Origin: Narcine bancroftii
Lineage: Eukaryota
Direction: 5' to 3'
Assembly: GCF_036971445.1 (NCBI RefSeq)
Contig: NC_091474.1
Span: 178,250,001-178,314,000, forward strand
DNA: 64,000 nucleotides
Position 1 is the first letter of the stretch. Every line of letters begins with the position of its first letter. The position numbers and the translations under genes are program-made. The notes beneath the pieces were generated by a model. That model was not told the DNA's origin. It was given only the letters and a program-made list of their open reading frames with translations, and did not search any database. Below are positions 25,814 through 38,800 of the stretch, piece after piece.

Positions 25814-26807
25814 GTAAGTGAGACTGAAATACTCTAAAAAATGCTTTCTAGGTCTTTACTCTTTAGAAGGACACAAGACAAGTGCTTGATTGTGTTTTAC
25901 TTGCATGATGTTTTTGTATATATATCTATATGTGTGTTGATATCCAATAACCCTTTAATACTCATGCTATTTGTATCTTGCAATCTATTACCTTCCAAAT
26001 TACTTATTTCATCAAGAAAAGTCACAGTATTACTATGTTTAGAAAGACTATTTCAGAATTCAATATATGTTTTAACTCATTTATTGTATTGTATTCATGC
26101 ACAAAGTGTATCAGTTAAATATTTTTTTTTAATTATCTTTCTGATTTCTGTCTTTTATATTCTGGAGGACTACAAATTGACACTTCAATTAAACAAAAAA
26201 AAAATACATAAATACTCACTCTCATAATGCCATATTCTTACTGGCCAGATTCATTAATCTATTTGAGGCACCAAAAAGACTGCCAACATTACAAAAGAGA
26301 AAGCAATATCTGACCATTATTACATTGCTCTTTGTAAAATTTCACTTAAAAATTAGTTTGCATTTGAACAGAGTCCATATTTCAGAAGTATTTTGTTCTC
26401 CATAAAGCATTTTGATTAGGTGGTTATGGAAAGAGCTGGGAAATAGCAACTTTTTTTCATTTTTTTAATATATGTTGGCAATGCACTGGCCAGTATAGAT
26501 TAACATGCTTCTGTTCCCAACTGCAATGATATCTTATTACTGAAAAATAAAGGTTAGCAATGAAAATACTGAAGACATTTGTTCATAAGCTGATTAACCA
26601 TGACTGTTTTAGGCACCTAGTCCCGAAGACATTAACATTGATCTTGTAGAGTTACAAAAGAGAATTCAATATTTTAATACATAGTTTAAAACAATTCATG
26701 AATAATTTTAAAGTTGTATAATATTTATTGATGATAGGTTAGAATAACATTAGTCTCCCAAACTCTGGTCACAATACAGAATAGGTATCGCTCCCAAAAT
26801 TATTCAA

Positions 26808-27081
26808 TACAGTAGAAGACCTAAAATCCAGATTTTTTTGGATTATCCGTATTCTCAGCAGTACATCTGTGGCACTTATGCAATGCATGCACACAATGTA
26901 CACACACAATGCATGCATGCAATGCCCACATACAATACATACATGTAATGCAAGCAAAGCCAAAAGTTTTTGAGAAGTCTTGATCCTCGGGTGGTCTGAA
27001 TTTCAGGTGAGAGTTTTTGAGAAGTTCAAATTATCAGGTGATCTGGATTTTTGGCATTCCAGTTTTTGGAATTTTATTGTT
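26808..27081. mobile_element. Possible Tc1/mariner-like MITE
   Basis: TA-CAGTAGAA...TTTTATTG-T ends, internal inverted aaaatccaga/tctggatttt, simple-repeat core. Confidence 0.45.
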
Positions 27082-27820
27082 ATTATGCAAGACTGATTTC
27101 TAGAGGATCCAGGAAATCTTAGCCTAGTCTCTCCCCTCTAAATTCCCATTTATCCAGTTAGGAAATGTATTACATCTACTTAGGCTTCCTAGATGTTGCA
27201 AATGTCATTAAGAATGAAGTGTACTGTGATCTATATTTAGCTATGTTTCATAGTGAATATTCAGTAATTCCACTCCACTTGAATAGCCAAAAATTTGTCC
27301 TGATTTAATATTGCCAGGTCATGTCATTTCCTTAATTCCTTTTGAGCTGTAATACTGTGACAAAAAGACCATTGACAAATGAACTGCTGATTAAGGGATC
27401 CAGTTCTGACAAAAATTCTTGATCAGTTCTCAGTGTGGAATCTGGGCCAAATATTAAGGCCTGAAGAAAAAGAATTTTATCTATTTAATTTTGTCTTCTG
27501 ATAAAGAGAACAATGTTGGGGTACTTTGGCATTGGTTCTATGTTTCATATTGGTTCTATTTCTGCTTCTGAATGTAGCTGCTGTCTCAGCTTTAAAACTC
27601 ATGTTCACCTTCAAAGCACTGGTCAAGAAACCATTGATAGAGTCAGCAGTAAAAAAATATATTTGGTTGATCTAGGTATTCTAAATGTGCAGCCTTTCCA
27701 CTGCCCAATGAAGAAGTTTAAATTCAAATTATATCTCATAATTGTTAACAGCAAATTGAAAATCAATGTCTTCAAATAATATAATTTAACTCGACAAAAA
27801 ATATTTTTTTTTCCATTCAG

Positions 27821-27976
27821 GTAATCTTTACACATGAAAATAACAAAGGGCGTTTGGTAATAGATGGTCTCCATGCTCTGGAGAACAGTCTCGATATTCC
27901 CATTTTTCCATGGCAGGTAAATGAACCATTCTACATAGGTGGTGTGCCCCTAGGAAAAGCCACCAAAAATATTCAG
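27821..27976 (+). CDS. LAMA4: LAMA4 exon 13/18 (LG4)
   Basis: cag|GTA...CAG|gtgag; VIFTHENNKGRLVIDGL...FYIGGVPLGKATKNIQ. Confidence 0.95.
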
Positions 27977-29017
27977 GTGAGTTGCTCTATTTACCTAATT
28001 TTATTGCACCAATGAATAGTTGTGGCATTGGGTGTTTTTACTTTGAGCACATTTTTATTTTTGCCTTGGGAAGATCTAAAAAATGATCTGTCCTCTGTGT
28101 GCTTTTAAGATCAAAGCTTTTTATTTAAAGTGCCATAGCAATATGTTAAAATGTAATATTGTAAAATGGGAATAATTTGTACTTTTGACAACAGAAAATA
28201 AATTGGCATCTTCATATTGAATATGCTATCCCATTGGCTTAAATGTGGTAATTTTTTAAATGTTACCAAATTTCAGATAACAAATCTCTGAAATTACCAA
28301 AGGTCAATTGGTTAATTTGGTCATTGCCAGCATTTTTCTTGCAAATAGTGCATTTATTTATTACTGCTTTATTGCCCTCCAGTTATGCATTTTAGTATTA
28401 TTTATTTCAAACAAGTCTTGCACTTTGTTTTATCAGTCTCTTTCTTTAATAGTTGATAACAGACAATTTCCCATTGTTGTGCTTAGGGAGGGAAGATTAG
28501 GGGAACATTTGGTAGAGTAGTTCGTCATTTTCATTGCCTGTGAGCTGAAAGGATTCCTTTATGTCTAAAAGGGAATATCAGTATTGTGCTGTAGGTTAAG
28601 AGTATTCTGATTATCCAGCCATCTTACTGGAATTCACATGTCATGACTTGATCTGGCAAAATTGAATGAACCATCAAACACCATCAATAATGAATGTATT
28701 GAGCTCAGTCTTGTGCCATTTTCTGAGAATTGGTATCATTCCTATCACTGTGGTCTATCAACAAAATGGAGTCTAATCGATTAATATCAATAATATCCAG
28801 GAGAATTTATTATTCACCCATTCTTTACTGCAACCAGGCTTAGGGGAAAAATGCTACATTATGCTAAAACAAAGATGTATTCAGGAACTCCTCCACTAAA
28901 CTCTGCCAAAACCGTACCACAAGTATTATAGAATGCGACATGTTCATTTGAAAATTTGATGACTGCATGAATAATTTTGAGTTAATTATTTAATTATGAC
29001 ATCTTTCTTTTTGTCAG

Positions 29018-29177
29018 GTCAAATCGGTCCAAAGCTTCAATGGTTGCCTTCAAAATTTTCAGCTAGATGGACAGTCTCTTCCACCAGCTGCTCACACATT
29101 TGGTGTTACACCTTGCTTTGAAGGTCCAGCAGAATTTGGGACATACTTTTCTCCAGAAGGAGGATATGTGATATTGG
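29018..29177 (+). CDS. LAMA4: LAMA4 exon 14/18 (LG4/LG5 boundary)
   Basis: cag|GTC...G|gtaag; VKSVQSFNGCLQNFQLDG...FGVTPCFEGPAEFGTYFSPEGGYVIL. Confidence 0.95.
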
Positions 29178-29489
29178 GTAAGTAAGACAGACATAGCATG
29201 TCACTCATCAACTGCAACGGGGCATCTAAACAGTTGATGGGCTTATTTCAAAGTATAGGGGATCCCAGGATTATGGAAGCCCTGACTTTATGCAAATTCT
29301 CCTAGACATTGTTCTCAGATATGGTGCTCGTATCTCTTCACCAAGAAGTAATGTAGAGATCAAAAGAAAAAAAATCAATGTTCTCCAGTCTCTTCTTCAG
29401 ATAAAGTCAAACATGATGAACCTTAAATCATCTCTTATTAATATAAATATTATTTTATGGCTTTGTAGACTGTAATAGAATAGAACAAT

Positions 29490-30275
29490 TTGGGATACAG
29501 GTGCTTAGTTCCATGAAAGGGGGTGACACAAGTAGAAATTATGGTGAAGAAGGCATTTGGGACATTGGTCTTCATTGGTCAGTACTTTGAGTACAGCAGC
29601 TGTAACATCATACTACAACAGTACAAACAATTAATGAAACCACATGGAGTATTATGCACAATTATGGTCACACAGTGATAGAAAATGTATCATTAATGTG
29701 GAAAGGGTGCAAAAAAAAGATATGGGATCCAAGAAAACTTAGCTGCCGGATTCAGAATTTGTTTCCCCACAGAAGGCAAAGGGTGGTAGTAGATGGAGTG
29801 TATTCTGCATGGAGGTCTGTGACTGGCATGTACTCCACAGATCAGATGTGGATCCCTGCTCTTTGTGATTTTTATAAATGACTTGTTCAAAGAAGTAGAT
29901 GGGTGGGTCAGTAAGAACGCAGATGACACGAAAATAGGAGGTATTGTGGATAGTTACAGCAAGATACAAACAGGATGTAGAATTGCATGAAGTGACAGAT
30001 GGGATTTCAATCTGTATAATATGAAGTGATGTACTTTGGAAGGTTGAACACAGGCAGAGAATGTTGTTAGTAGCAGAATTTTTAGCAGTGTGGAGGAGCA
30101 GAAGTATTTTTGGGTCCAAGTCCCTCAAAGTTGTTGTGAAAGTTGATAGGGTGGTTAAGACAGCATATGGTGTACTGATCTTCATTAGTCATGAGTTCAA
30201 GGGACACAAGATAATGTTGCAGATCTATAATGCTCTGGGCAGATTACATCTAAATTATTGTGTTCAGTTCAGAGA
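29490..30275 (+). mobile_element. CR1 fragments (at least two)
   Basis: RRQRVVVDG..SAWRSVT, ADDTK and KVDRVVKTAYG motifs. Confidence 0.75.
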
Positions 30276-30699
30276 TGTTGCAGAGGATATAGAACATGTC
30301 TTGCAAAAAAAAGTTTAAGTTTACATTTATTGTCAAAGTACATGCATGGCATTACATAAATTCTGAGATTCTTTTACCTGTGAGAGGCAGAATTTGTATT
30401 ATCAGTAGTGTAAACTGTACTCAAGAAAAAGATACAAATAAAAAGAGAGAAATATTAACAAAGAAAGAAATGGAAAACTAACTGCAAATACAAAAAGAAA
30501 TATTCAGTATTAAATAATATGCAAAGTAAGATTCCTTAAATGAGTCTCTGATTGACTCTATTGTTTAGGAGTCTGACGGTGGATGGGTAGCACCTGCTCC
30601 GGATCCTGGTGGCACAAGTCTTGTGGCCACTATACCTCTTCCCTGATGGCAGCAGTGAGAACAGGCCATGTCCTGGTGGTGTGGATATTTGATAATTGG

Positions 30700-30900
30700 G
30701 TAACACGATTGGTGTAGCAGTTAGTGCAATGCCTTTACAGCACCAGAAATGGGGATCAGGATTCAAATCCTGCACTGTTTGCTTGGGTTTTCTCCGGGGG
30801 GTTCCTGTTTCCTCTAACTGTTTGAAACATGCCAGGGGTGTAGGTTAATTCGATATAAATTGAGCGGCACTGACTCATGGGCTGAAGTGACTTGTATATC
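30700..30900 (+). mobile_element. tRNA-derived SINE
   Basis: A-box-like TGGTGTAGCAG and B-box-like GGATTCAAATCC. Confidence 0.65.
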
Positions 30901-31379
30901 TACATAAATAAAAGAAAAGAAAGGTTGACTGAGCTAGAGCTTTATAGAGCTTTATAAAATCAGGAACAGTAAATAGTCATGGGTAGGGGAGTTGCATTGA
31001 TGAAGATGAGAGAGAAAAGATTTAAAAAGAACCTGAGGGGCACCTTCTTTCCCTAGATGTTGGTGGGTACATGTTATGAGCTGTCAGTGGAAGTGGTAGA
31101 GGCAAATTTAAAATATATTGAGACAATAAACTGAAGAGAGGGTAAAATGTAGACACATGGGAATAGCTTGGATAGCCAACTTGGTCAACATGGACAAGTT
31201 GGATTATGGGGCTTGTTTCCATGTTGTAAAATCTATGACTCTATATAAATGGAAATTGAACTTTTTGACGCTGGAGAAATTGGAAAAAATATGGTTTTAT
31301 GGATTCAGATTTATTTGTGTTTTCGATGTGGAATACAAAAAGGGACTTTTATACATTCTATTTGGTTATACGACAAAGT

Positions 31380-31925
31380 GTAAAGTTTCTGGTTAAAAGT
31401 TAGACAAATTTTGGAATGTTTGTATAATATACAGTTGTTACTTGATCCTTCATTATTCTTCTTGCATTCTATGAAGGTTTAAGGGATTTGAAATTAGATA
31501 AATTTCAAACTGCATTTATTCATTTGGCTTTGGCTGTGGCGAGAAAATGTGTAGCAGTAACATGGAAGGATGATGTAGTAATTAATATTCAAAGATGGCA
31601 TAATGAATTGAAGTCATGTATTCATTTAGAAAAAATAACTTATAATTTGCATAACATTTTTTTAACTTAAATGAGGGAACCATATTTAAAATGTATGGCT
31701 ACTTCTATATCTTAAATATTATATATATTTTTTGTAAAAGGATCTATTATAATAATATGTAGTGTAGGAGTAGATAGGGTATTTTGGGGGAGAGGGGGTT
31801 GGGATAAATATACTACTAATTTACTAATGTACGGTTAAGTACTTTATTAATATATCTTTGTAATAAGGGACTTTTTTTATAATTGTCTGCATATTTTTAA
31901 TAATATAAATAAAGCTGTTAAAAAT
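31380..31925 (+). mobile_element. L1/Tx1-like LINE 3' end
   Basis: LAVARKCVAVTWK...WHNELKSCIHLEKITY, AT-rich UTR, AATAAA at about 31908. Confidence 0.65.
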
Positions 31926-32532
31926 AACATCTATGACTCTATAGTTTTCCCACTTGCCATCAGATCAGATCCCTCTATCATTCCACTCAGGCTGCATTCA
32001 AACATGTGTCACTGTTCACTTTCTACTCTGCAAATCAATCCCCAAAGGCTGCTGAGGCTAAAGATCTTGCATTGCAACTTTGGGGAAATGGTACATTTTC
32101 GACTGTTTTTGTAAAAAAAAATTTGTTTCAGACCATTTTCAAAAACAGAACACTTTCTCAACCCAAGGAACCACTGCACTTAAGAAATTATAAAATCAAT
32201 GTCAATCTAGGTGCATAGAAGAGAAGGAATTACTTAAAATTAAATAATCTAAATAAGTGATTTATCTGGCTGTTACATCTCAAACCCGATGGTCATGAAT
32301 GCAACCTGATTTGAAACTAATAAAAGAAATATAAAGATTAAAACTGAACTGGTTCAATCGATTCAATTCAATTGCTTTTTGGGTTTTTTTGTTATTGGTT
32401 TTTCTGTTATTTTGGTATTATCAGTTGAATTCAGCCATTAACTCATCTGGTTGTTTTTTTTGGAAATTTTAATTGTTCTATGTTTAAATGTTTTATTATT
32501 GTGTAATAATTGGATTTTTCCTTGAATTTTAG

Positions 32533-32663
32533 ATGATTCATTCAATGTAGGATTACAATTTGAGGTTGTTTTTGAAATTCGTGCTAGAAATCATTCAGGA
32601 ATCCTACTACACGTTCACAGTTCCATCCACAAATACCTGAATGTCTTCATGGAATATGGACAG
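32533..32663 (+). CDS. LAMA4: LAMA4 exon 15/18 (LG5)
   Basis: tag|AT...CAG|gtgag; DDSFNVGLQFEVVFEIRARNHSG...YLNVFMEYGQ. Confidence 0.95.
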
Positions 32664-32848
32664 GTGAGGGAGTTAAGAACAAATGCTGAAGTAAATTCTG
32701 CTTTTACTGCACACATTGGATCAGTTAAGTAAAGAGTAGACAAATCTGACTGAAAATGTTAGCTGGCAGTTAAGGACACAGCCTTTTGATTTAAAACCTG
32801 TTTGTGCACATGAGGCAAGTTTCTATTATCAATTTTATTTCTGTGCAG

Positions 32849-32942
32849 ATCACATTAAAAGTTAGTAATGGAACTACAGAATTTGAAACTTCAGTCACTC
32901 CGAAGCAAAGTCTCTGCGATGGTCGATGGCACAGAATAGCAG
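32849..32942 (+). CDS. LAMA4: LAMA4 exon 16/18 (LG5)
   Basis: cag|ATC...G|gtaaag; ITLKVSNGTTEFETSVTPKQSLCDGRWHRIA. Confidence 0.96.
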
Positions 32943-33460
32943 GTAAAGATTATTCTAATTACCCCACTAATACTTACAAGCATTGTATTGCATTATTTAC
33001 TCAAGAGCCTAAAGCATTCCATGATAACTTCAAGATGTAACGATCAGAATTTGGTGCAGTCTTATTTTTGTTATTTTATCAAATCCAAATGAATTAATTT
33101 ATTAAAATATCGACTTCTTTTGTGATTAAATTTCATCCTAACAAATTGAATCTATTCCACAACTACTATGTAATAACATTTTAGTATGTTTTTTTCAATG
33201 GAAGGAACTTTGATTCGATGAATTTTACAATTATTATTTAAGGCAGCAAAATCTGGAATCAAGCTTTCTCAAGCTAATATAGTTTAAATAATGTGGCCTT
33301 ATTCAGTATTTACAGAACAATCCAGATACTTGAACTTGAACTTGATACATGCATAACACTTTTCATATTAAGGAAGACTTTGTATAATATATCAACATCT
33401 CTTTGTTTGGCTAGGTTGTATTAGGACACACTATTGACCTAATTAGGTCAAGAATGATGT

Positions 33461-34651
33461 CTTCTCTTTGGCTTGGCTTCGCGGACGAAGATTTATGGAG
33501 GGGGTAAAAAGTCCACGTCAGCTGCAGGCTCGTTTGTGGCTGACAAGTCCGATGCGGGACAGGCAGACATGATTGCAGCGGTTGCAAGGGAAAATTGGTT
33601 GGTTGGGGTTGGGTGTTGGGTTTTTCCTCCTTTGCCTTTTGTCAGTGAGGTGGGCTCTGCGGTCTTCTTCAAAGGAGGTTGCTGCCCGCCAAACTGTGAG
33701 GCGCCAAGATGCACGGTTTGAGGCGTTATCAGCCCACTGGCGGTGGTCAATGTGGCAGGCACCAAGAGATTTCTTTAGGCAGTCCTTGTACCTTTTCTTT
33801 GGTGCACCTCTGTCACGGTGGCCAGTGGAGAGCTCGCCATATAACACGATCTTGGGAAGGCGATGGTCCTCCATTCTGGAGACGTGACCCATCCAGCACA
33901 GCTGGATCTTCAGCAGCGTGGACTCGATGCTGTCGACCTCTGCCATCTCGAGTACCTCGACGTTAGGGGTGTAAGCGCTCCAATGGATGTTGAGGATGGA
34001 GCGGAGACAACGCTGGTGGAAGCGTTCTAGGAGCCGTAGGTGGTGCCGGTAGAGGACCCATGATTCGGAGCCGAACAGGAGTGTGGGTATGACAACGGCT
34101 CTGTATACGCTTATCTTTGTGAGGTTTTTCAGTTGGTTGTTTTTCCAGACTCTTTTGTGTAGTCTTCCAAAGGCGCTATTTGCCTTGGCGAGTCTGTTGT
34201 CTATCTCATTGTCGATCCTTGCATCTGATGAAATGGTGCAGCCGAGATAGGTAAACTGGTTGACCGTTTTGAGTTTTGTGTGCCCGATGGAGATGTGGGG
34301 GGGCTGGTAGTCATGGTGGGGAGCTGGCTGATGGAGGACCTCAGTTTTCTTCAGGCTGACTTCCAGGCCAAACATTTTGGCAGTTTCCGCAAAGCAGGAC
34401 GTCAAGTGCTGAAGAGCTGGCTCTGAATGGGCAACTAAAGCGGCATCATCTGCAAAGAGTAGTTCACGGACAAGTTTCTCTTGTGTCTTGGTGTGAGCTT
34501 GCAGGCGCCTCAGATTGAAGAGACTGCCATCCGTGCGGTACCGGATGTAAACAGCGTCTTCATTGTTGGGGTCTTTCATGGCTTGGTTCAGCATCATGCT
34601 GAAGAAGATTGAAAAGAGGGTTGGTGCGAGAACACAGCCTTGCTGTGTACA
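33461..34651 (-). mobile_element. RTE-clade LINE, 5'-truncated copy 2 (young, open frame)
   Basis: 359-aa uninterrupted ORF with LLFADD RT motif and C-terminal Cys/His finger; perfect 13-bp TSD TCAAGAATGATGT (33448-33460 / 34652-34664). Confidence 0.96.
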
Positions 34652-34724
34652 TCAAGAATGATGTATACTTACAATGAACAACAATTCTATTAGCTTTAAG
34701 ATAGTTATTATTTTTTTTCAAATT

Positions 34725-34950
34725 TAGTACAGTAACAGGCCCTTCCTACTCATGAGCCTGTTCCACCTAAATACACCCAATTAACCTAATAACCCTGTAC
34801 ACCTTTAGAATGTAGGAGGGAACCAGATCCCCTGGAGAAAACAAATACAGATATGGGAAGAATCTACAAACTCCTTAAAGACAGCACCTGATTTGAACCT
34901 AGGTCGCTGGTGCTGTCGAAGCATTGTGCTAACCACTACACTACAATGCC
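34725..34950 (-). mobile_element. tRNA-derived SINE with LINE-like tail
   Basis: Minus strand A-box TAGTGTAGTGG and B-box GGTTCAAATC. Confidence 0.75.
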
Positions 34951-35149
34951 ATTTTGTAGAAAAGAATAACAGTGGTCCTCAATTTAGTATCCTAAATTGA
35001 GCCAAAGCCAATTTTAACATGAAAAGGCAGGAGTTGGCAACAGATGACTGGATGCAAATGTTAGAGATTAAGTGCACAATTGCCAAATGGGAGATGTTTA
35101 AGAGTGTGATGAGGAAGGCTCAGGACATACATGGATTCTTAACAGTGTG

Positions 35150-35765
35150 ACAAAACAGAGGGGTCTTGGGGTCCAAATCTATAGTTATCTCAAGGTTGCT
35201 GCACAGATTGATAGGGTAGTTAAGAAGGCTTTATGGTATGCTAACCTTCAGTAGTCAGGGGATTGTGTTCAAGAATCATGCAGTAATGTGGCAGCTCTAT
35301 AAAACACTGGCTAGACCACACTTGGAATATTGTGTTCAGTTCTGGTTGCTTCATTACAGGAAGGATGTGGAAGCTATGGAAAGGGTAGCAGAGGAGCTTT
35401 ATGAGGATGATGCCTGGATTAGAGAATGTGTCTTACGAGGCTAGGTTAAAAAAGCTAGAGCTTTTTTCTTTGGAGTAAAGAAGGTTGAGAGGTGACTTAA
35501 TTAAGGTCTACAAGATTATGAAAGGCCTAGATAAGGTGGACAGCAAGCACTTTTTTTTTTCCCTGGGGCAAGAGTAGCAAACACTAGAGGACATCTGTAC
35601 AAGCTGAGGTGAGAAAAGTTTAGGGGAGATTCTTGGGGTAAGATTTTTTTTCACACAGAGTAGTGGATACTTGGAATATATTGCCAGGGGTGGTGGTGGA
35701 GGCTGGTAGAATTGGTACATTTAAAAGACTTTTAGACAGGCACATGGATACAAGAAAAATAAAAG
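35150..35765 (+). mobile_element. CR1 3' fragment
   Basis: QLYKTLARPHLEYCVQFW...YRKDVEAMERV. Confidence 0.85.
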
Positions 35766-35866
35766 CTGATGGTTCTGTCCTACATGGTACTTGCCATGGA
35801 AGGTTAGATCACATAGAATAGGATTCCAATTAGCAAATGTGATTTTTTTTTAAATGGCTTCGTGAT

Positions 35867-38800
35867 TGTTTCATCTTGCATTCAACACATGGATGAAAGT
35901 AAAGGATCTTAACATTAAAGCTGATGTAAACAGAATGAGGCATGACATAAGGCTGCAAGTCTCCATTACAGATCCGCATACTGTGTGTCAAAATTAGACT
36001 GCTGTGGCAGCCAAGTCTAATCAAACAGTAAGGCATTGCAACCACGATCGCTATTGTTACGTCTCCCTTTCTTAAAACAAAAGTAGCCTACTTTTAACTA
36101 ACATATTTTCCTTGTATAACTGTGCAATTTTAACTTTAATACCAAGAACTTATATATTCATTATTATCAACATTGTTAACATTTTTTTTGTGTGTTCATA
36201 TTGGATAATTGGGTGAACAAGATAGCACGACTTCATTCTATAATAGGAGTCTTTAAATTTGCTCTATGAGCCTCTTAGAAGGATTCATGTGTCTTGATGA
36301 TCTCCTGATTGATTGTCCTTGAATTTGAGTTGTTGCCTCAGATGATGTCTTCTCAGCTGTGCATTCAGGTTGTTCAACTGTATCTGTCATTCCATCTTCT
36401 GTGGCTGGTCCCATTTGAAGATCTCGACCATTTATTTGCAGAACAGCACCTTTATTTGTCTGAATGGTGTATGATCTTGGTTGGACTTCACTAGGGACAG
36501 TTCCCTTCTGAATCCATAAGGTTATCTTACTGGTGACAGTGTAGAGTTCCAGTAGGTTTTTTGTTCATCTGTCAAAGTAATACTTTTCCTTTTCTTTCTG
36601 TTGTTCTTTGAATTTCCTCACTTTCTCCCCTCTTTTGTTTTTAGGAGATTCTCCTCAATGGGTAGGTTTGATCTTAGCCTATGTCACATAAGGAGTTGTG
36701 CTGGTGACAGACCACACTTGAGCTGTGTTGTGTAGAATAGTAGTATGCTCTGGTAGAAATCTGTTCCACTGTCTTTTGCCTTGTTCATCAGTCTTTTCAT
36801 TGCCTGTACTGACTTTTTTTCCACTAGACCATTGGACTGTGGAAAATGAGGACGTGATGTGGTGTGTACAAAGACCCACTCTTTTACAAACTGTCGGAAA
36901 TTTAAATTGCAAAACTGGGCTCCATTGTCTGTAAAGACCTCGCTTGCCACGCCATGTCTGGAGAATATGGCCTTCATACCTGTTATTACAGCATCTGCAG
37001 TGGTGGTGTACAGTTTATACACTGGATACAGGGAGTAATAGTCTGTGAGTACAAGATAGTCCTTCCCTTGACATTCAAATAGGTCAGCACCTACCTTCTG
37101 GTAAGGTCTGTATGGTGCTGGGTGTGGCTTTAGTGGTTCTGCAGGATTTATGGCACTTCATTTGTTATATCATTGTTGATTCTTGACCTCTTGTGCTCTT
37201 TTCTTACATTTTTCGATTCTGAGATGTCCTCCATGGATCCTTTTTAGCATCTCCTTTCTCAGACTCTTTGGGATAAGGATTTTGCTTCCTTTGTAGATGA
37301 TGTCTTCAACCACTGATAGTTCGGCCCTGCAGTTCCAGTACTCTGAAACGTCAGGTGAGCAGTCCTGCTTCATGTTGGGCCATCCATCCAAGAAGGGATT
37401 TTTTTCTCAGTTGTCTCAGTTGTTTGTCTCTGACTTTATGAGCTCCATTTTTGCATCTGATATGGGCAGTGCACTTGTGATCATATCCATGAAGGCATTC
37501 ACATCTTCATCCATTTTGTTTATAGGCTCTTGTGTCAACAGCTCTAGACAACATGTCTGCTGTGTACATTAGCCCTACCCAGAGTGTATGCCAGTATATA
37601 ACATTGCATTAATTCTTTATATTCTAAGTGGACATTCATTTAATGGCTTTTGGAACAATGCAATCAAGGGCTTATGGTCAGTCTCTACATTGATTGCTTG
37701 TCCAGACACAAACTGATGAAATCTTTCACAGGCGTATGTAATGCTGAGCAGATCCATTTCAATTTAAGTGTATCATGTCTCTGCGCCTGTCATTGAGAGT
37801 GATGCATATGCAATGGGTTCCCAGTCATTGTATTTTTGCAGAAGAACAGCACTGAGCCCACTATGTGATGCATCTGATGATATCTTGATGGGTCTCACTG
37901 GGTCGTAAAACCTCAGAACTGGTTCCTCTGTGAGCAGTTTCTTTAGTTCCCTCCATGACTTTTCATTGTCATGATCCCACTCCGATTCAATGTTCTTTTC
38001 TGTTCATCTTCTCAATGGAGCAGTCTTTTCTGAGAGGTTGGATATGAATTTACCCATATAGTTGACCATTCCATTAAACATCTGTATGTCCTTTTTGCAT
38101 TGTGGCCTTGGCATGTTCTCAATGGCGGACACCTTTCTGGGATCTGGTCCAATACCCTCAATGCCAATAATATCTCCTACAAATGTTAGTTCTGTCACCC
38201 TGAGCTGGCATTTCTCTCTATTCAGCTTCAGTTTTGCTTTCCTTGTTGCTTCCAGCACTTTCCTTTGTTTCTCATCATGCTCTATTCCTGTGGTTCCCCA
38301 TACTATGATGTCATCCATTGAGGTGTTAACTCCATCCATATGGACCATATGGATAGTTTTGTGATACACTTCAGGAGCTGAGGCAATCCCAAATGGTAAC
38401 CTTAGGAATCTGTATCTGCCAAATGAACATGCACAGTCTTGAACTTGCTTCATCCAATTTCAACCGCCAAAATCCTAATGATGCATCTAACTTGCTGAAA
38501 AACTTTGAATTTGAAAACTTTGAATTTGAAAACTGTGTCAGAAGCTTAAACTGTTTTCTTTGTTGCTCTGTTTAGATCTCTTGGATCCAGGCAAATTCTA
38601 AGCTTTCCATTCTTTTTGGCCACAACAGCAAGTGAACTCACCCATTCTGTTAGCACATCTATCTTCTGAATCATGTGCAGGCTTTTCATCCTGTCCAACT
38701 CTGCTTTTAGTTGCTTTTGAAGCGCAAATAGAACTTTTTTGCATGGAGGTATCATCGGTGGCACACGTTTATCCACTCTGTTCGTATGTTCTCCTGGAAG

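Noticed and set aside
34880-34950. tRNA-like A and B boxes (also at about 30710)
   Set aside because: They are SINE heads followed by SINE body; no full cloverleaf
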